A stretch of 64,000 nucleotides of DNA from an uncultured virus (IMG/VR IMGVR_UViG_3300031813_001387) (IMGVR_UViG_3300031813_001387); one strand, 5' to 3'. Numbered from the stretch's first letter, positions 26,967-36,823 are shown. The notes: a model not told the origin generated them from the letters alone. Translations and numbers: made by a program.

Positions 26967-29302
26967 ACCTGAAGCCACCAGCAAACATCCAACGCATAGA
27001 TGTCCGAAAAGAGCGGGATAAGGCACTCTCAATCTTGTCACCATATAATTTCCCACAAGGCTGCTGGCCGGCCAAACATCCTTTGGTCTGGAGCCAGCAG
27101 GTGGCGATCAATGCACTGTGGAAAGACCTTGCGCAAGACAGTGGGATTTTTGCGATCAATGGCCCCCCAGGCACAGGGAAAACAACTCTGCTCCGTGATG
27201 TCGTTGCTGCCATATCGGTTGAACGTGCCAAGATATTGGCAAGACTTGGGAAGGATGCATTTGTTGCTAAAAGGACAATCAAGATTGCCGATTACCCTCA
27301 TAATTATCACAGTTTATCGAAAGAGCTTTCAGGGTTCACCATTGTTGTGGCATCAAGCAATAATGGTGCAGTAGAGAACCTTTCTCTCGAATTACCAAAG
27401 GAAACTGCGATCGATCAGAAGTGGGTAGGCAAAACTGATATTTTTACCGATTTGGCTGGACTGCTACTGGATCCGAAAGATCGCCCCGCTTGGGCAATGA
27501 TAGCAGGTCGGCTCGGCAACAAGTCTAACCGCAGTGATTTCGTTAATACCTTTTGGTGGACCGGCTGGGACGGGAAAGGGGATATCCTCGGATTAAGGGC
27601 GAGATTAATTGCTTTGAGAGAAGGGGCCAAACCTCCGACGATCCCGTGGGAAGATGCCGTGTCGAAGTTTAATATGGCATTACAGGCGGAGCACCTGTTG
27701 CGCGACAAAGTAGGCAAAATCAGCAAATATGTAGAAACTTTAGCTGAACTTGCGGATAGCATAAAACAGAATTGTAAGTTACAGGTTACTCGGCGTCCCC
27801 AATTAGTAAGTACAGAAGCAAAGGTAGAAACCATGGCAAAATGCTTGTATGAAAAGTCTGAGTGTATATCAGCCTTGAATTCCCAGTTAGACCGTCTTCA
27901 GGGCACCCGACCGGGCATTCTAGACTGGATATCTACCTTCGGTGGATCACATCGTGAATGGCAATCAAACTTCCACCGTATTATGGAGCAATTACAACCG
28001 CTCGAAGATGCTGAATGCGAGCTAAAGAGAGAATACTCGGATTGGAATCGTCAAAAAGATTACATCAAAAACGAACTCATCATGCTTAGCCGCCAGGAAA
28101 AGGAAATGCAGGCTAACCACACCAAAATCGAACAAGCGCTATTGCGCGATCGTGAATGGCTAGGACCGTACTGGCCAGATCTAACAGCCCATGTCACTGA
28201 ACAAGAGAAATCCAGCCCTTGGGCATATCCGGAATGGCGAGAAGCAAGAATCAAGGTGTTCCTCTCCGCTCTAGAACTTCACAAGAGCTTCATAGAGAAC
28301 CACTCACAGCAGATAATGGGCAACTTGGGACTTGCCATGAGTATGCTCAGCAATGGCATCTCTGATCGTGACGCCTGCCAAACTGCCTTTGACAGCCTTA
28401 CCCTCGTATGCCCGGTAATCTCTACTACATTTGCCTCTGTATCCAGCCTTTTTGGAGCGATTGGAGGTGAGGGCCTTGGCTGGCTTTTGATCGATGAAGC
28501 CGGGCAGGCGACACCACAGGCTGCCGCTGCTACTATCTGGCGATCACGGCGTACTGTCGTTGTCGGAGACCCTTTGCAGCTAGAGCCGGTTGTTACCATC
28601 CCCGGTACTGTTGAAGCGTCGCTTGCCGGATGGAAAGGGAACGTCGATAAACGATTGTACCCGTCTGTTACATCCGTCCAGTTGCTGGCAGATCAGTCGA
28701 CAGCAATCGGCACTGTAGTCGAAATGGACGCGGACGCTCAATGGGTAGGTGCCCCCCTGCGTGTTCATCGTCGGTGTGATGATCCGATGTTCACAATCTC
28801 CAACGCCATTGCCTATGGTGGATTGATGGTGCACCAAAAAGAGCCTTCTGATGTTCCCTGGCCCCCGAGTAGGTGGATACATGTCCCAAAGTGCCCTGGA
28901 GGCGGTAACCATTGGTTACCTGCCGAAGGAGAAGCCCTCAAAACGCTTCTCCGAGACCTCACCATGACGTATCGAGTGTCAGTGAACGATATTTTTCTTA
29001 TTTCTCCTTTTCGAGATGTGGTCAAGGAACTCAGGGTTATTGGTAGGGAGTTTAAGTTAAATTCTCTGAAAGTCGGTACAGTGCACACCACACAAGGTAA
29101 AGAAGCTGAAGTAGTTATAATGGTTCTCGGCGGCAGTAATTCCGGTGTTCGTGATTGGGCCGCAGGAAAACCCAATCTCTTGAATGTCGCCATAAGCCGT
29201 GCGAAAACAAGGTTTTACGTTATCGGTGAGCGGCCAGACTGGAGCGCAAGGAAATATTTTGATGTTTTGGCAAGGGATATGACTCTGGAGTTATATAAAT
29301 AG
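26963..29302 (+). pseudogene. 5'-truncated SF1 helicase (DNA2/NAM7/Upf1-like)
   Basis: NGPPGTGKTT, SSNNGAVEN, LLIDEAGQA, VGDPLQLEP, GTVHTTQGKE, NVAISRAK; frame stays open upstream of TTG 27035 only to the junction and has no RBS. Confidence 0.8.
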
Positions 29303-29460
29303 GTGGTCTATACAGATATATGGACAAAGAGGGACAGCTACAGTTTGTTAGCCCAAATGATAAGGACCTGACTTTTACATTCAATTATCTCGAAATTTCA
29401 GTGCAGTGATGAACCAATACCAAGCCAGATAAAGAAACCATTTATGGTCGGGGGGTATTT

Positions 29461-29835
29461 ATGCAAATCAAACAAGGAATGTGGCTAAAACATCTAAAAT
29501 TTGGTACAGTGGACTCATTCGATCCGGAGGGAAACAAAATAACACTGTTTTTCCGCAATGTAAAAACCAAAGAAACAAATACGTATACATTCACAATCGA
29601 AGAACTTGCCGAGATTAATAATATGGACCTCCGGTACGATCCAGAAGATGTCTCGATCAGTTATTTGGTTAATTTCTTCATAAGTCTTTCGATTTTTGTC
29701 GCGATTACATCTTTTTTCTGCCTTTGGAAGATCGCTTTAGTAGGGTGCCTATTATTCTATATAACCTACTTCTTTAAAGCGAGACAAAGAAGCCGGTGGC
29801 TTGAACGATACCCGAATTATCATAAAGTTATTTAA
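29461..29835 (+). CDS. Small membrane protein with two C-terminal TM helices
   Basis: GGGGGG RBS; hydrophobic C-terminal half. Confidence 0.65.
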   Translation: MQIKQGMWLKHLKFGTVDSFDPEGNKITLFFRNVKTKETNTYTFTIEELAEINNMDLRYDPEDVSISYLVNFFISLSIFVAITSFFCLWKIALVGCLLFYITYFFKARQRSRWLERYPNYHKVI

Positions 29836-29843
29836 TCCCTCAG

Positions 29844-29942
29844 GGTAAATTCCCCGCCCCTTGGGGCGATTGATGTATTGCATCGCAGCAGCGATGCTGT
29901 ACTGAAGAAGATACCCCGTTGCTTGCAGCGGGGAAATTCATT
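29844..29942. mobile_element. Non-autonomous palindromic element, IS200/IS605-end-like MITE/REP
   Basis: Three GC-rich hairpins (29855-29868, 29880-29897, 29914-29933) ending in ...GGGGAAATTCA within AT-rich DNA. Confidence 0.55.
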
Positions 29943-29992
29943 ACTAACCAACTATCTGTGGCTGAGTTTGTGCTGCAAACGATGTTGCACTG

Positions 29993-30461
29993 CTTTCATA
30001 ACATATAAATCTTAAAGACCTATTCACCCTCCCACGCAAACAGACTGCGATTACACGAGGTCATTTCTCGATAGCCGCTAAAATTAGTGGCTTATTCATC
30101 AAAAGGCATTTCTTAACTGCTGTACACCGAAGGATTTTCAATAGTCTATATGAGCCGAAGACGTATCTATCTGGTGTATACTAACCGTATTCGGCAAGCA
30201 TAACTATTCCAATAGCATCTAAACATCAAAGACTTATCCACCTTTTAACTACCCTTATCTGAGAGGGGTATGACAAATTCCAATAGCCTCTAAAACCTGG
30301 AAGGCTTATTTATCGAGTTCTGGATTTTGACTGGACTGATTCCTTCATTTCAATAGTCTCTATGCCTCAAAGACTTATCCAGTTTTCCCCTGTCGAAACG
30401 CACAAGAAGTACGCCTTTTCAATAGTCATCAAGGCATTCAAATCCAAAAGACTCATCCACC
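29993..30461 (-). CRISPR. Degenerate orphan CRISPR-like array, 7 repeats and 6 spacers
   Basis: Repeats of 36-38 bp (one of 46) start at 29993, 30065, 30135, 30206, 30277, 30347 and 30416; unique 32-36 bp spacers; minus-strand consensus about GGTGGATA-AGTCT-N11-AGACT-ATTGAAAT. Confidence 0.72.
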
Positions 30462-30495
30462 AACTTATAAAGGATCAATCGCATCGGAATAAAAA

Positions 30496-31119
30496 CTACA
30501 AATCCTCTACTGTCGATTGTGGAGGATTTGCGATCTCTCCCCTCTTGGCTTCGCATACGACCTGACCTATTTCAGCGAGGTGGCGAAAAAAAGTGCGTCT
30601 GCCGATCTCGAAGGTTTTGCAAAGGTCAGCCGCAGTGTAGCCGCCATCTTCATACAGTATCCTTGCCTTTTCCAGTTTCTCTGTGCTTGTTTTAGGCCGT
30701 CCCCCGGTCTTCCCCCTGGCTCTTGCTGCAGACCTACCAGCGGCAGCGCGTTCGGACTTTAGCTCTCTTTCCATCTGGTTAATTACGCCCATCATGCCTA
30801 TGAAGGCTCGCCCCGTTGCAGACGTCGTATCGATGTTTTCACGAAGGGAAACGAGATGAATCTCTTTCTTCTTGAACTCATCAACGAGGGTCAAGAGGTG
30901 CGAAAGCGATCGAGTCATCCGGGACAACTCGGCCACAACCACTGAATCACCAGGTCTGATGAATTCAAGTAGGCGGTCCCACTCCGGACGTGATTCACTT
31001 ACACCGCTAGTTTTGTCCGCATACACTTTTTGGCACCCTGCGGCCTTCAGCATATCCAGTTGACCATCGAGATTCTGGTCTTTTGAGCTTACCCTGGCAT
31101 AGCCGATTCGTTGAGACAT
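30496..31119 (-). CDS. Serine recombinase (resolvase/invertase) with C-terminal HTH
   Basis: RIGYARVSSKDQN, RPEWDRLL..IRPGD, GGRP, HTH; start MSQR at 31119. Confidence 0.92.
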   Translation of the reverse strand: MSQRIGYARVSSKDQNLDGQLDMLKAAGCQKVYADKTSGVSESRPEWDRLLEFIRPGDSVVVAELSRMTRSLSHLLTLVDEFKKKEIHLVSLRENIDTTSATGRAFIGMMGVINQMERELKSERAAAGRSAARARGKTGGRPKTSTEKLEKARILYEDGGYTAADLCKTFEIGRRTFFRHLAEIGQVVCEAKRGEIANPPQSTVEDL

Positions 31120-31251
31120 ACAAGCACTCTCCGTTATAACTTCTAAACTGCTACTTAATCTAGCGACAAGTAACCGGCTAGAAGTATTGAGAGACACACC
31201 AACCAAATCCATGTATCAGATCGGCGCATCATCTAGGCCTCAACAATGAGG

Positions 31252-31878
31252 TTAGTACCCAGGTTTCCAGTTAGCGTTGATCTCTTTCAATTCCTGTCGC
31301 ACATCAGGCGTGGCCATTGCAGCGTAAGTATCGTCATAGAGCTGTGTCTTGCCGCTTTTGAGGTGGTCCCTCCAGTGTAACATCGCCGCCAAATAGATAT
31401 CCTGGAGATAGTTTTCGTCCTTTGCAGCCTTTGACCCAACGTAACCGCCCTTGGCGGGAAACGCTTCAAACTTGACAACGATGGTTGGATCAAAGGACGA
31501 TGGCCTTTTCTGGCGAAGTTCGAATTCTCCATGCACGTTGAGTATAAGCCTGTTCATTGTTTTATTACTGCCCGCCGCGATGACCTCTCTTAGCCGGTCA
31601 AATAACGGCTCATCTGGATAGTCCTTGCGAAAAACGCGAGAAGCGTGATGCAGTACCGGCTGCGGCGGTGACCACATCTCTGGATCGATATCGTAAGTGG
31701 TCCCTCCCAATGGAATGGTAGTCCTCCGCATGGGAGCTATCTCGCCTGGATTCTCCGTGGTGAAGTCGGTGTCCTGTAAGGAACATGTTCCCCTGCTGAG
31801 GGAACGCCATGAACCATCCTTCTGCAGACGCCAATCCCCCGCCAACAAATCTGTCAATTCAGACGTAAACAAAAACAT
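31252..31878 (-). CDS. Hypothetical protein
   Basis: AAGGAG RBS before ATG 31878; 208 aa. Confidence 0.65.
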   Translation of the reverse strand: MFLFTSELTDLLAGDWRLQKDGSWRSLSRGTCSLQDTDFTTENPGEIAPMRRTTIPLGGTTYDIDPEMWSPPQPVLHHASRVFRKDYPDEPLFDRLREVIAAGSNKTMNRLILNVHGEFELRQKRPSSFDPTIVVKFEAFPAKGGYVGSKAAKDENYLQDIYLAAMLHWRDHLKSGKTQLYDDTYAAMATPDVRQELKEINANWKPGY

Positions 31879-31940
31879 ATTTTCTCCTTGTTAAAAAAAC
31901 ACAGTGGTGACTGACTCTCCCGTTAATTGCCCAGACAATA

Positions 31941-32073
31941 GTGCCACAACCTGACCTGGTTGTCAATATCTGGCACCTTGATTCTGGCTGAGGTTTTGGC
32001 ACGAGTTTGATCTTGGATTCGAGGAGAATTCGGTGGGATTAGGTTCAGTGCCAAAAGTAGACATTTGGCACTG
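31941..32073. other. res-like recombination site
   Basis: GTGCCA/TGGCAC half-sites at 31941, 31971 and 31997, and palindrome CAGTGCCAAA-N8-TTTGGCACTG at 32046-32073, upstream of the resolvase unit. Confidence 0.6.
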
Positions 32074-32227
32074 TGACAAAATGAGTAATAAAAGCCTTTG
32101 GAAAAAAGAATTAAAGTTTCTCATTTAATTGCCGATAAGCCTAAACGTACTGATGATAAGTTGATACCAAAGAAGGTCGTCTTATGTTATGCAAGCAATG
32201 GAATCTATACAAATTTAAGGGGGCAAT

Positions 32228-33067
32228 ATGAATAGGATAATATATGGTGCATTAATGTTGGTTATAGCTGGTTTGCAGGGGTGCTGCAACCAATACTCCA
32301 CGTTTTACCATGACAATCTTGTTGGCGTGCCTGGCGGCAGAACAGCCTATGTAGAATTCTACACAGGTGAACCTAAGGCAATTAACGGTACAACTCCAGA
32401 AATAGACAATAAGAACATGTTTGAAAATGGCAATATGCTATTAGGTTATTCTTCATTCGATGGCCCGAAAGGCCCTGTTGAAGATGCCGTAAGAGTTGCA
32501 AAAGATAAAGGAGCTGAATTTCTTATATATTATGCAAATTATATTAACTCGGTATCTGGCAGTTATACCTATTCAATGCAAAATCCTAATCAAACTATAA
32601 TATCTAATAGCTCTGGAAATATAAACAGTAACGGGGCAGTGTATGGCAATGGTGGTTCTTTAAATTACTACGGAAACACAAGGTACAATGGCACAACGTC
32701 TACTGTTATACCAGGTGGGTACACATCATACAATATCCCATATACAATAAATCGATATAACTATCTCGCAACGTATTGGGCTAAAATTCCTGTTATACAT
32801 TTTGGAGTTGCCTCTAAAGATTTACCAGACGATGTTAAGCATGAGTTGCAACGGAACAAAGGTGCAATAGTTACAATGGTAGTTAAAAACTCTCCAGCCT
32901 TTAATGCCAATATTCTTACTGGAGACATTTTATTGAAATTTAATGGCAAAGATATCGTTGACACAGCAGACCTTTCTAGTAATATAAAAAATTATTATGG
33001 CAAAAATGTTAGAATTGAATATCTTAGAGGTAGTGAAACTAGGGAAATTGACATATTGCTTAATTAG
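32228..33067 (+). CDS. Lipoprotein with C-terminal PDZ domain
   Basis: Lipobox LQGC; GAIVTMVVKNSPAFNANILTGDILLKFNG. Confidence 0.8.
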   Translation: MNRIIYGALMLVIAGLQGCCNQYSTFYHDNLVGVPGGRTAYVEFYTGEPKAINGTTPEIDNKNMFENGNMLLGYSSFDGPKGPVEDAVRVAKDKGAEFLIYYANYINSVSGSYTYSMQNPNQTIISNSSGNINSNGAVYGNGGSLNYYGNTRYNGTTSTVIPGGYTSYNIPYTINRYNYLATYWAKIPVIHFGVASKDLPDDVKHELQRNKGAIVTMVVKNSPAFNANILTGDILLKFNGKDIVDTADLSSNIKNYYGKNVRIEYLRGSETREIDILLN

Positions 33068-33132
33068 ATGGCTGGCTTTGAGTATCGACTACCTCATTGA
33101 TGCTGCAGCCGAATATATTGCATGTCCACATG

Positions 33133-34047
33133 TCAATCTTGGTATGAAGTCATTTTTCCGTTTTCAAAATAGACGTATTGCCCATTACTACGGTACACCC
33201 ACTGCTCGTGCGTGCCCCATTTAACAGTTGTTTTGTGAATGGCTTGTGGTTCACCCCATGCCATTGTCACTTGTTCTTTAGACATGCCGAGTACTATTTT
33301 GCGCTCCTTGATAGCTTTGATAGTTTTAAGGTTCCATTTCTTCTTATATACGGCATCCATATTGCTGCTTGTTAAGCTTCGTGCTAATTTAACGGCATAT
33401 TGTGTTGGCTCGATTTCGACTCCATTGCATAGTAGCTTGATCCCTATTATTTCTGCATTATCGTCATATGATGTACTGATGCCTTTAAAAACAGCCTGTG
33501 TGAAAGCTGGCAAATACGAGCCGTCATTTAAAACAATCGGTATTTGAACCCAGACCTTAGTACCAGGGATAATTTTATTAACCATGAACATATCTAAGTA
33601 CTTTTTAAACTTTTCAGTTAGTTGCGCTGCTTTGGCATCTTTGCATTTCTGCTCGGATTCCAACGGATTATAGGTGAATACATATTGGTCCTTGTCCGGA
33701 ATTTCGCAATTTGATGTATTTATGTTTGGCTTTTGGTAGGATAAGCGAAATGAATCTAGATATGATATTGAAGCATCAGGCAACCCAACTTCGGCTGTAG
33801 GTACGTATATCTGCATTCTTGAGTCATGCTCAATGCATCTAGTGACTTTAAAATTCAATGCATCGCCATTCGGAAATATCTTGACTCTAGCTTCACCATC
33901 CATTCTATCAACTAGATTTCTAGAATAGCCTGTTACCCAGAAAAACTTCCCTATGTATGGCGTGCAATCGTCAATAGCTTGCGCAGTATTTGAAGCTAGT
34001 AACAAAAAAATGGTGCACGCAAATTTTAACCTATCCAAACACCTCAT
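33133..34047 (-). CDS. Secreted protein with C-terminal BamE/BLIP-like domain
   Basis: GGAGG RBS before ATG 34047; signal peptide ending AQA; GMSKEQVTMAWGEP...EQWVY...YVYFENGK. Confidence 0.7.
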   Translation of the reverse strand: MRCLDRLKFACTIFLLLASNTAQAIDDCTPYIGKFFWVTGYSRNLVDRMDGEARVKIFPNGDALNFKVTRCIEHDSRMQIYVPTAEVGLPDASISYLDSFRLSYQKPNINTSNCEIPDKDQYVFTYNPLESEQKCKDAKAAQLTEKFKKYLDMFMVNKIIPGTKVWVQIPIVLNDGSYLPAFTQAVFKGISTSYDDNAEIIGIKLLCNGVEIEPTQYAVKLARSLTSSNMDAVYKKKWNLKTIKAIKERKIVLGMSKEQVTMAWGEPQAIHKTTVKWGTHEQWVYRSNGQYVYFENGKMTSYQD

Positions 34048-34112
34048 TTTATACCTCCATACTTTGCCTTGTACGGCCTGCTGGCAAGGATACGCTTGAT
34101 ACAGCTCGTGCA

Positions 34113-34556
34113 TTAGGACAATAATCCCGCCCTTTTCAGTTTGTCCTGATAACTTTTAATCTTCAATCTGTTTCTAGATTTAATGATGTCTGCCTGCAGA
34201 GTCCTGATATTGATCTTGAAAGAGATGCCGAGGCCTATGGCGAGAAAGAATGCCGGGATGAGCAGTGCCGCCTTGTCCGGGCCGAAAATCTTGTTTTCCC
34301 CGAAGAAACAGCATATTGCCAGAACTGGAACCGTCCCTATGACCGCGCCGTAGATGCTAGCGATCATCCCGCGGTAGGTGAGCAATTCTATCTTCCTGTA
34401 ATTGCCCATTATATCCCATTCGCTCTTGTGCCTGTCTATGCAATAGGTCTTGCAGTTCCAACACTCAAGAACTGGATCGCCGATATCGCAGCCTATTTGA
34501 GTACGTTCTAACAGAGTTGAACACTTTGGGCATCTCTTGCTGATGATGGTTGGCAT
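34113..34556 (-). CDS. Zinc-ribbon membrane protein
   Basis: CPKC and CWNC pairs followed by two TM helices. Confidence 0.65.
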   Translation of the reverse strand: MPTIISKRCPKCSTLLERTQIGCDIGDPVLECWNCKTYCIDRHKSEWDIMGNYRKIELLTYRGMIASIYGAVIGTVPVLAICCFFGENKIFGPDKAALLIPAFFLAIGLGISFKINIRTLQADIIKSRNRLKIKSYQDKLKRAGLLS

Positions 34557-34579
34557 CGCTATTCCCCTGAAATCTTACC

Positions 34580-34999
34580 TCAGCCTGCAAACTTCTCCCA
34601 TGGTTTGATTGCGCTTGCAGCTGCATCTATCTGCTTCGCATCATTCGACACGAGCGCATCGGCAAACCTAATGTGAGCCTCCATATAAGCGTTGAAATCC
34701 TTTTCTGAGGCGCCATTAGAACGGGCTCTGCTCCACCATGAATAAGCGACAACCAGCTTGCCTAGTTCTGGGTCAAAGCTACCCTTCAACCGGTCAATGC
34801 CGCCATCGTTATGGGCCACGGCCCAACCAAAATCTTTTGAGAAATCTCTGACCCGGCGTGGCATCCCCCCACGGGCCAAGTCAGCGTGAATCTTTCGATG
34901 CATCTCCTGATCATCTGGTTCAGACGGTACGAAAAGAAGTTCGCAAATTCTGCATACAGCGGTGCCATTATCTTTCATAGACAACATGTCGTTTTTCAT
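34580..34999 (-). CDS. Hypothetical protein with N-terminal C2H2-like zinc finger
   Basis: CRIC-x12-H-x3-H-like pattern (CRICELLFVPSEPDDQEMHRKIH); GGAGGAG RBS. Confidence 0.65.
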   Translation of the reverse strand: MKNDMLSMKDNGTAVCRICELLFVPSEPDDQEMHRKIHADLARGGMPRRVRDFSKDFGWAVAHNDGGIDRLKGSFDPELGKLVVAYSWWSRARSNGASEKDFNAYMEAHIRFADALVSNDAKQIDAAASAIKPWEKFAG

Positions 35000-35064
35000 C
35001 GTTTTTTCTCCTCCCTATTCATGGATCGTCTCGTGACGGACACTAACATTCTGCTAGTAAGTAG

Positions 35065-35433
35065 TTATGTGTGGTTGGCAAGTGCTTCACTGAGCTCTTC
35101 GGGGCTCGGCGGGTAAATGTTGTACCAGTCAGTCGTATAAACGCGTTCACGCGCAGTGTCGTACTCAGTGGGGTCAATGGGGATATCAGCACCTGGTGCC
35201 CCGCGCTTTTTCCCAACCACAATTGAGGTAAGGGGTGGAAGGTCTTCGTCGATACAATAGAAGGCAATATGCCCGAGAATCCTGTCGAGAACTCCCTGCG
35301 CCTTTTTACGGTACATCAATAGCGACAAACCTTCATAAGTCAGCGTTTGACGGTTCATAGCGGCATTGGCAAGAATGAGCCATGCCTGCACAGCACGATC
35401 CGGATGCTTTGACGACGGATTGAACTCTCGCAT
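35065..35433 (-). CDS. Hypothetical protein, possible winged-helix
   Basis: AAGGAG RBS; TLTYEGLS, LPPLTSIVV..G.PG. Confidence 0.7.
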   Translation of the reverse strand: MREFNPSSKHPDRAVQAWLILANAAMNRQTLTYEGLSLLMYRKKAQGVLDRILGHIAFYCIDEDLPPLTSIVVGKKRGAPGADIPIDPTEYDTARERVYTTDWYNIYPPSPEELSEALANHT

Positions 35434-35794
35434 GTTTTCTCCTTATTTGAGGGTGACAGAGATTTCCTACAACATCGCATAAATAGTGGACCTCATGGAC
35501 CAACATTCTCAATACCACATTAATCACAGCATATAAAGGTTTATCGTGAATCACATGCGGGCAAGGGTTGGGCGAGAGGACCTCGAGGGCCTGGCCGGAA
35601 CGTCGGGCCTTGGCACTGAAGGTGCGAGCCATGCTGTATCTGCTTAAGCGGTCTTAGAATCTTTAAAATGTACATTACATAAAAATTATGTAATAATGCC
35701 GTCCCTGGACTACATGACTTCCAAATGGTGCATTCATGGGTCGGGCTTCGGAATGAAGAGGCCCTTGGAATAATGTTAAAAATAGGAGGGGGCT

Positions 35795-36823
35795 GTGATT
35801 CGGAAGACATTGTTTTTGATTTTTTGCGTTTGTTTGGTAAATTACCATTCAGTAAGTTACGCAGAATCTGAAAATGACGTAGATGCTGCATTTAGTAAGA
35901 TATTATCTGTTTTCAGCCTATCAGATAAATCAGCAGATACAGTCAACAATAAAAACTGGCAAAAGATATTCATAAGTCGAGTAAGCGAGTTGCTTCTTGC
36001 AAAGCAATTCAATAAAGCCGAAGAGGAAACAAATGCATATAAATACGATGTCAACGACGATAACGAATATCAACAATTGTGTGAATTTAGGCAATCATTG
36101 ATATCGTTCATCCATTTCTACGAAACAGTCAATGCCAGGTATGACTATTTTGTGGAATTATCATCACATAATAATAGTGACGCTGCGATCCAATACTACA
36201 ACAGCTCCTGGTTATGGGTTCAGCAAACGTTATCCAGTACATACCAGAATAACCTACCAATAGATAGGGGTGTGGTTGACGATATTAATCTAAAGCTGAG
36301 GTCGGTTTCAGATAAAATCAAAGAATGCGTGGCTAATAAAAATGAGAGACGTCAAGAAGAAGCAAACAGGGTAGCACTTGTTGAGCAGGAAAAACAAAAT
36401 GCCAAGGAAAAGCAAATACATGAAGACATGGAAAAGCAGCAATCCGAGGATAATAACAGGAGAGATATAGAGAAAAAGGACTTTGAACTAAAAACATGCC
36501 ACGCATCTAATATGTTTGCTCTATATTCCGCACAGGAGAATATTATAGAAGCATATTTACAGCTTAGGAATTGTAGAGTAAACCAAAACTACGCTCGCGA
36601 AGTAGAAAGAGAATCTGGAGTTAAGGACCTAGCTGAGGCGTATGAAAATGGCCAATTAATAGTTGAATACAAGTCCGCCATTAGAGACAATTGGGCTGTT
36701 TACAAGAAATTAAAGGGTGGTGCTAAAAGTCCTGAAAAAGTTAAACATCTACTTAAGAACCCCTGTGAGCAATTAGAGACACAAGCCAATGCTCTAGATA
36801 GGAGGTCAGCTTATTCTAAGTGA
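35795..36823 (+). CDS. Secreted coiled-coil hypothetical protein
   Basis: AGGAGG RBS with GTG start; signal peptide ending SYA; AT-rich. Confidence 0.7.
   Translation: MIRKTLFLIFCVCLVNYHSVSYAESENDVDAAFSKILSVFSLSDKSADTVNNKNWQKIFISRVSELLLAKQFNKAEEETNAYKYDVNDDNEYQQLCEFRQSLISFIHFYETVNARYDYFVELSSHNNSDAAIQYYNSSWLWVQQTLSSTYQNNLPIDRGVVDDINLKLRSVSDKIKECVANKNERRQEEANRVALVEQEKQNAKEKQIHEDMEKQQSEDNNRRDIEKKDFELKTCHASNMFALYSAQENIIEAYLQLRNCRVNQNYAREVERESGVKDLAEAYENGQLIVEYKSAIRDNWAVYKKLKGGAKSPEKVKHLLKNPCEQLETQANALDRRSAYSK

Noticed and set aside
26967..27056. N-terminus of ORF 26055..27056 as part of the chemoreceptor
   Set aside because: It is the antisense reading of helicase sequence beyond the junction.
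26963..29302. Helicase as the Cas3/DinG partner of the array
   Set aside because: Motifs are SF1 Upf1/DNA2-type, not SF2; there is no HD domain and the gene is truncated.
30362..30565. 67-aa ORF across the array
   Set aside because: Spans repeats and spacers, has no RBS and overlaps the resolvase end; the array period is not a constant multiple of three.
31955..31965. CCTGGTTGTCA identical to the prophage operator motif
   Set aside because: A single copy inside the res-like site; cannot be distinguished from chance.
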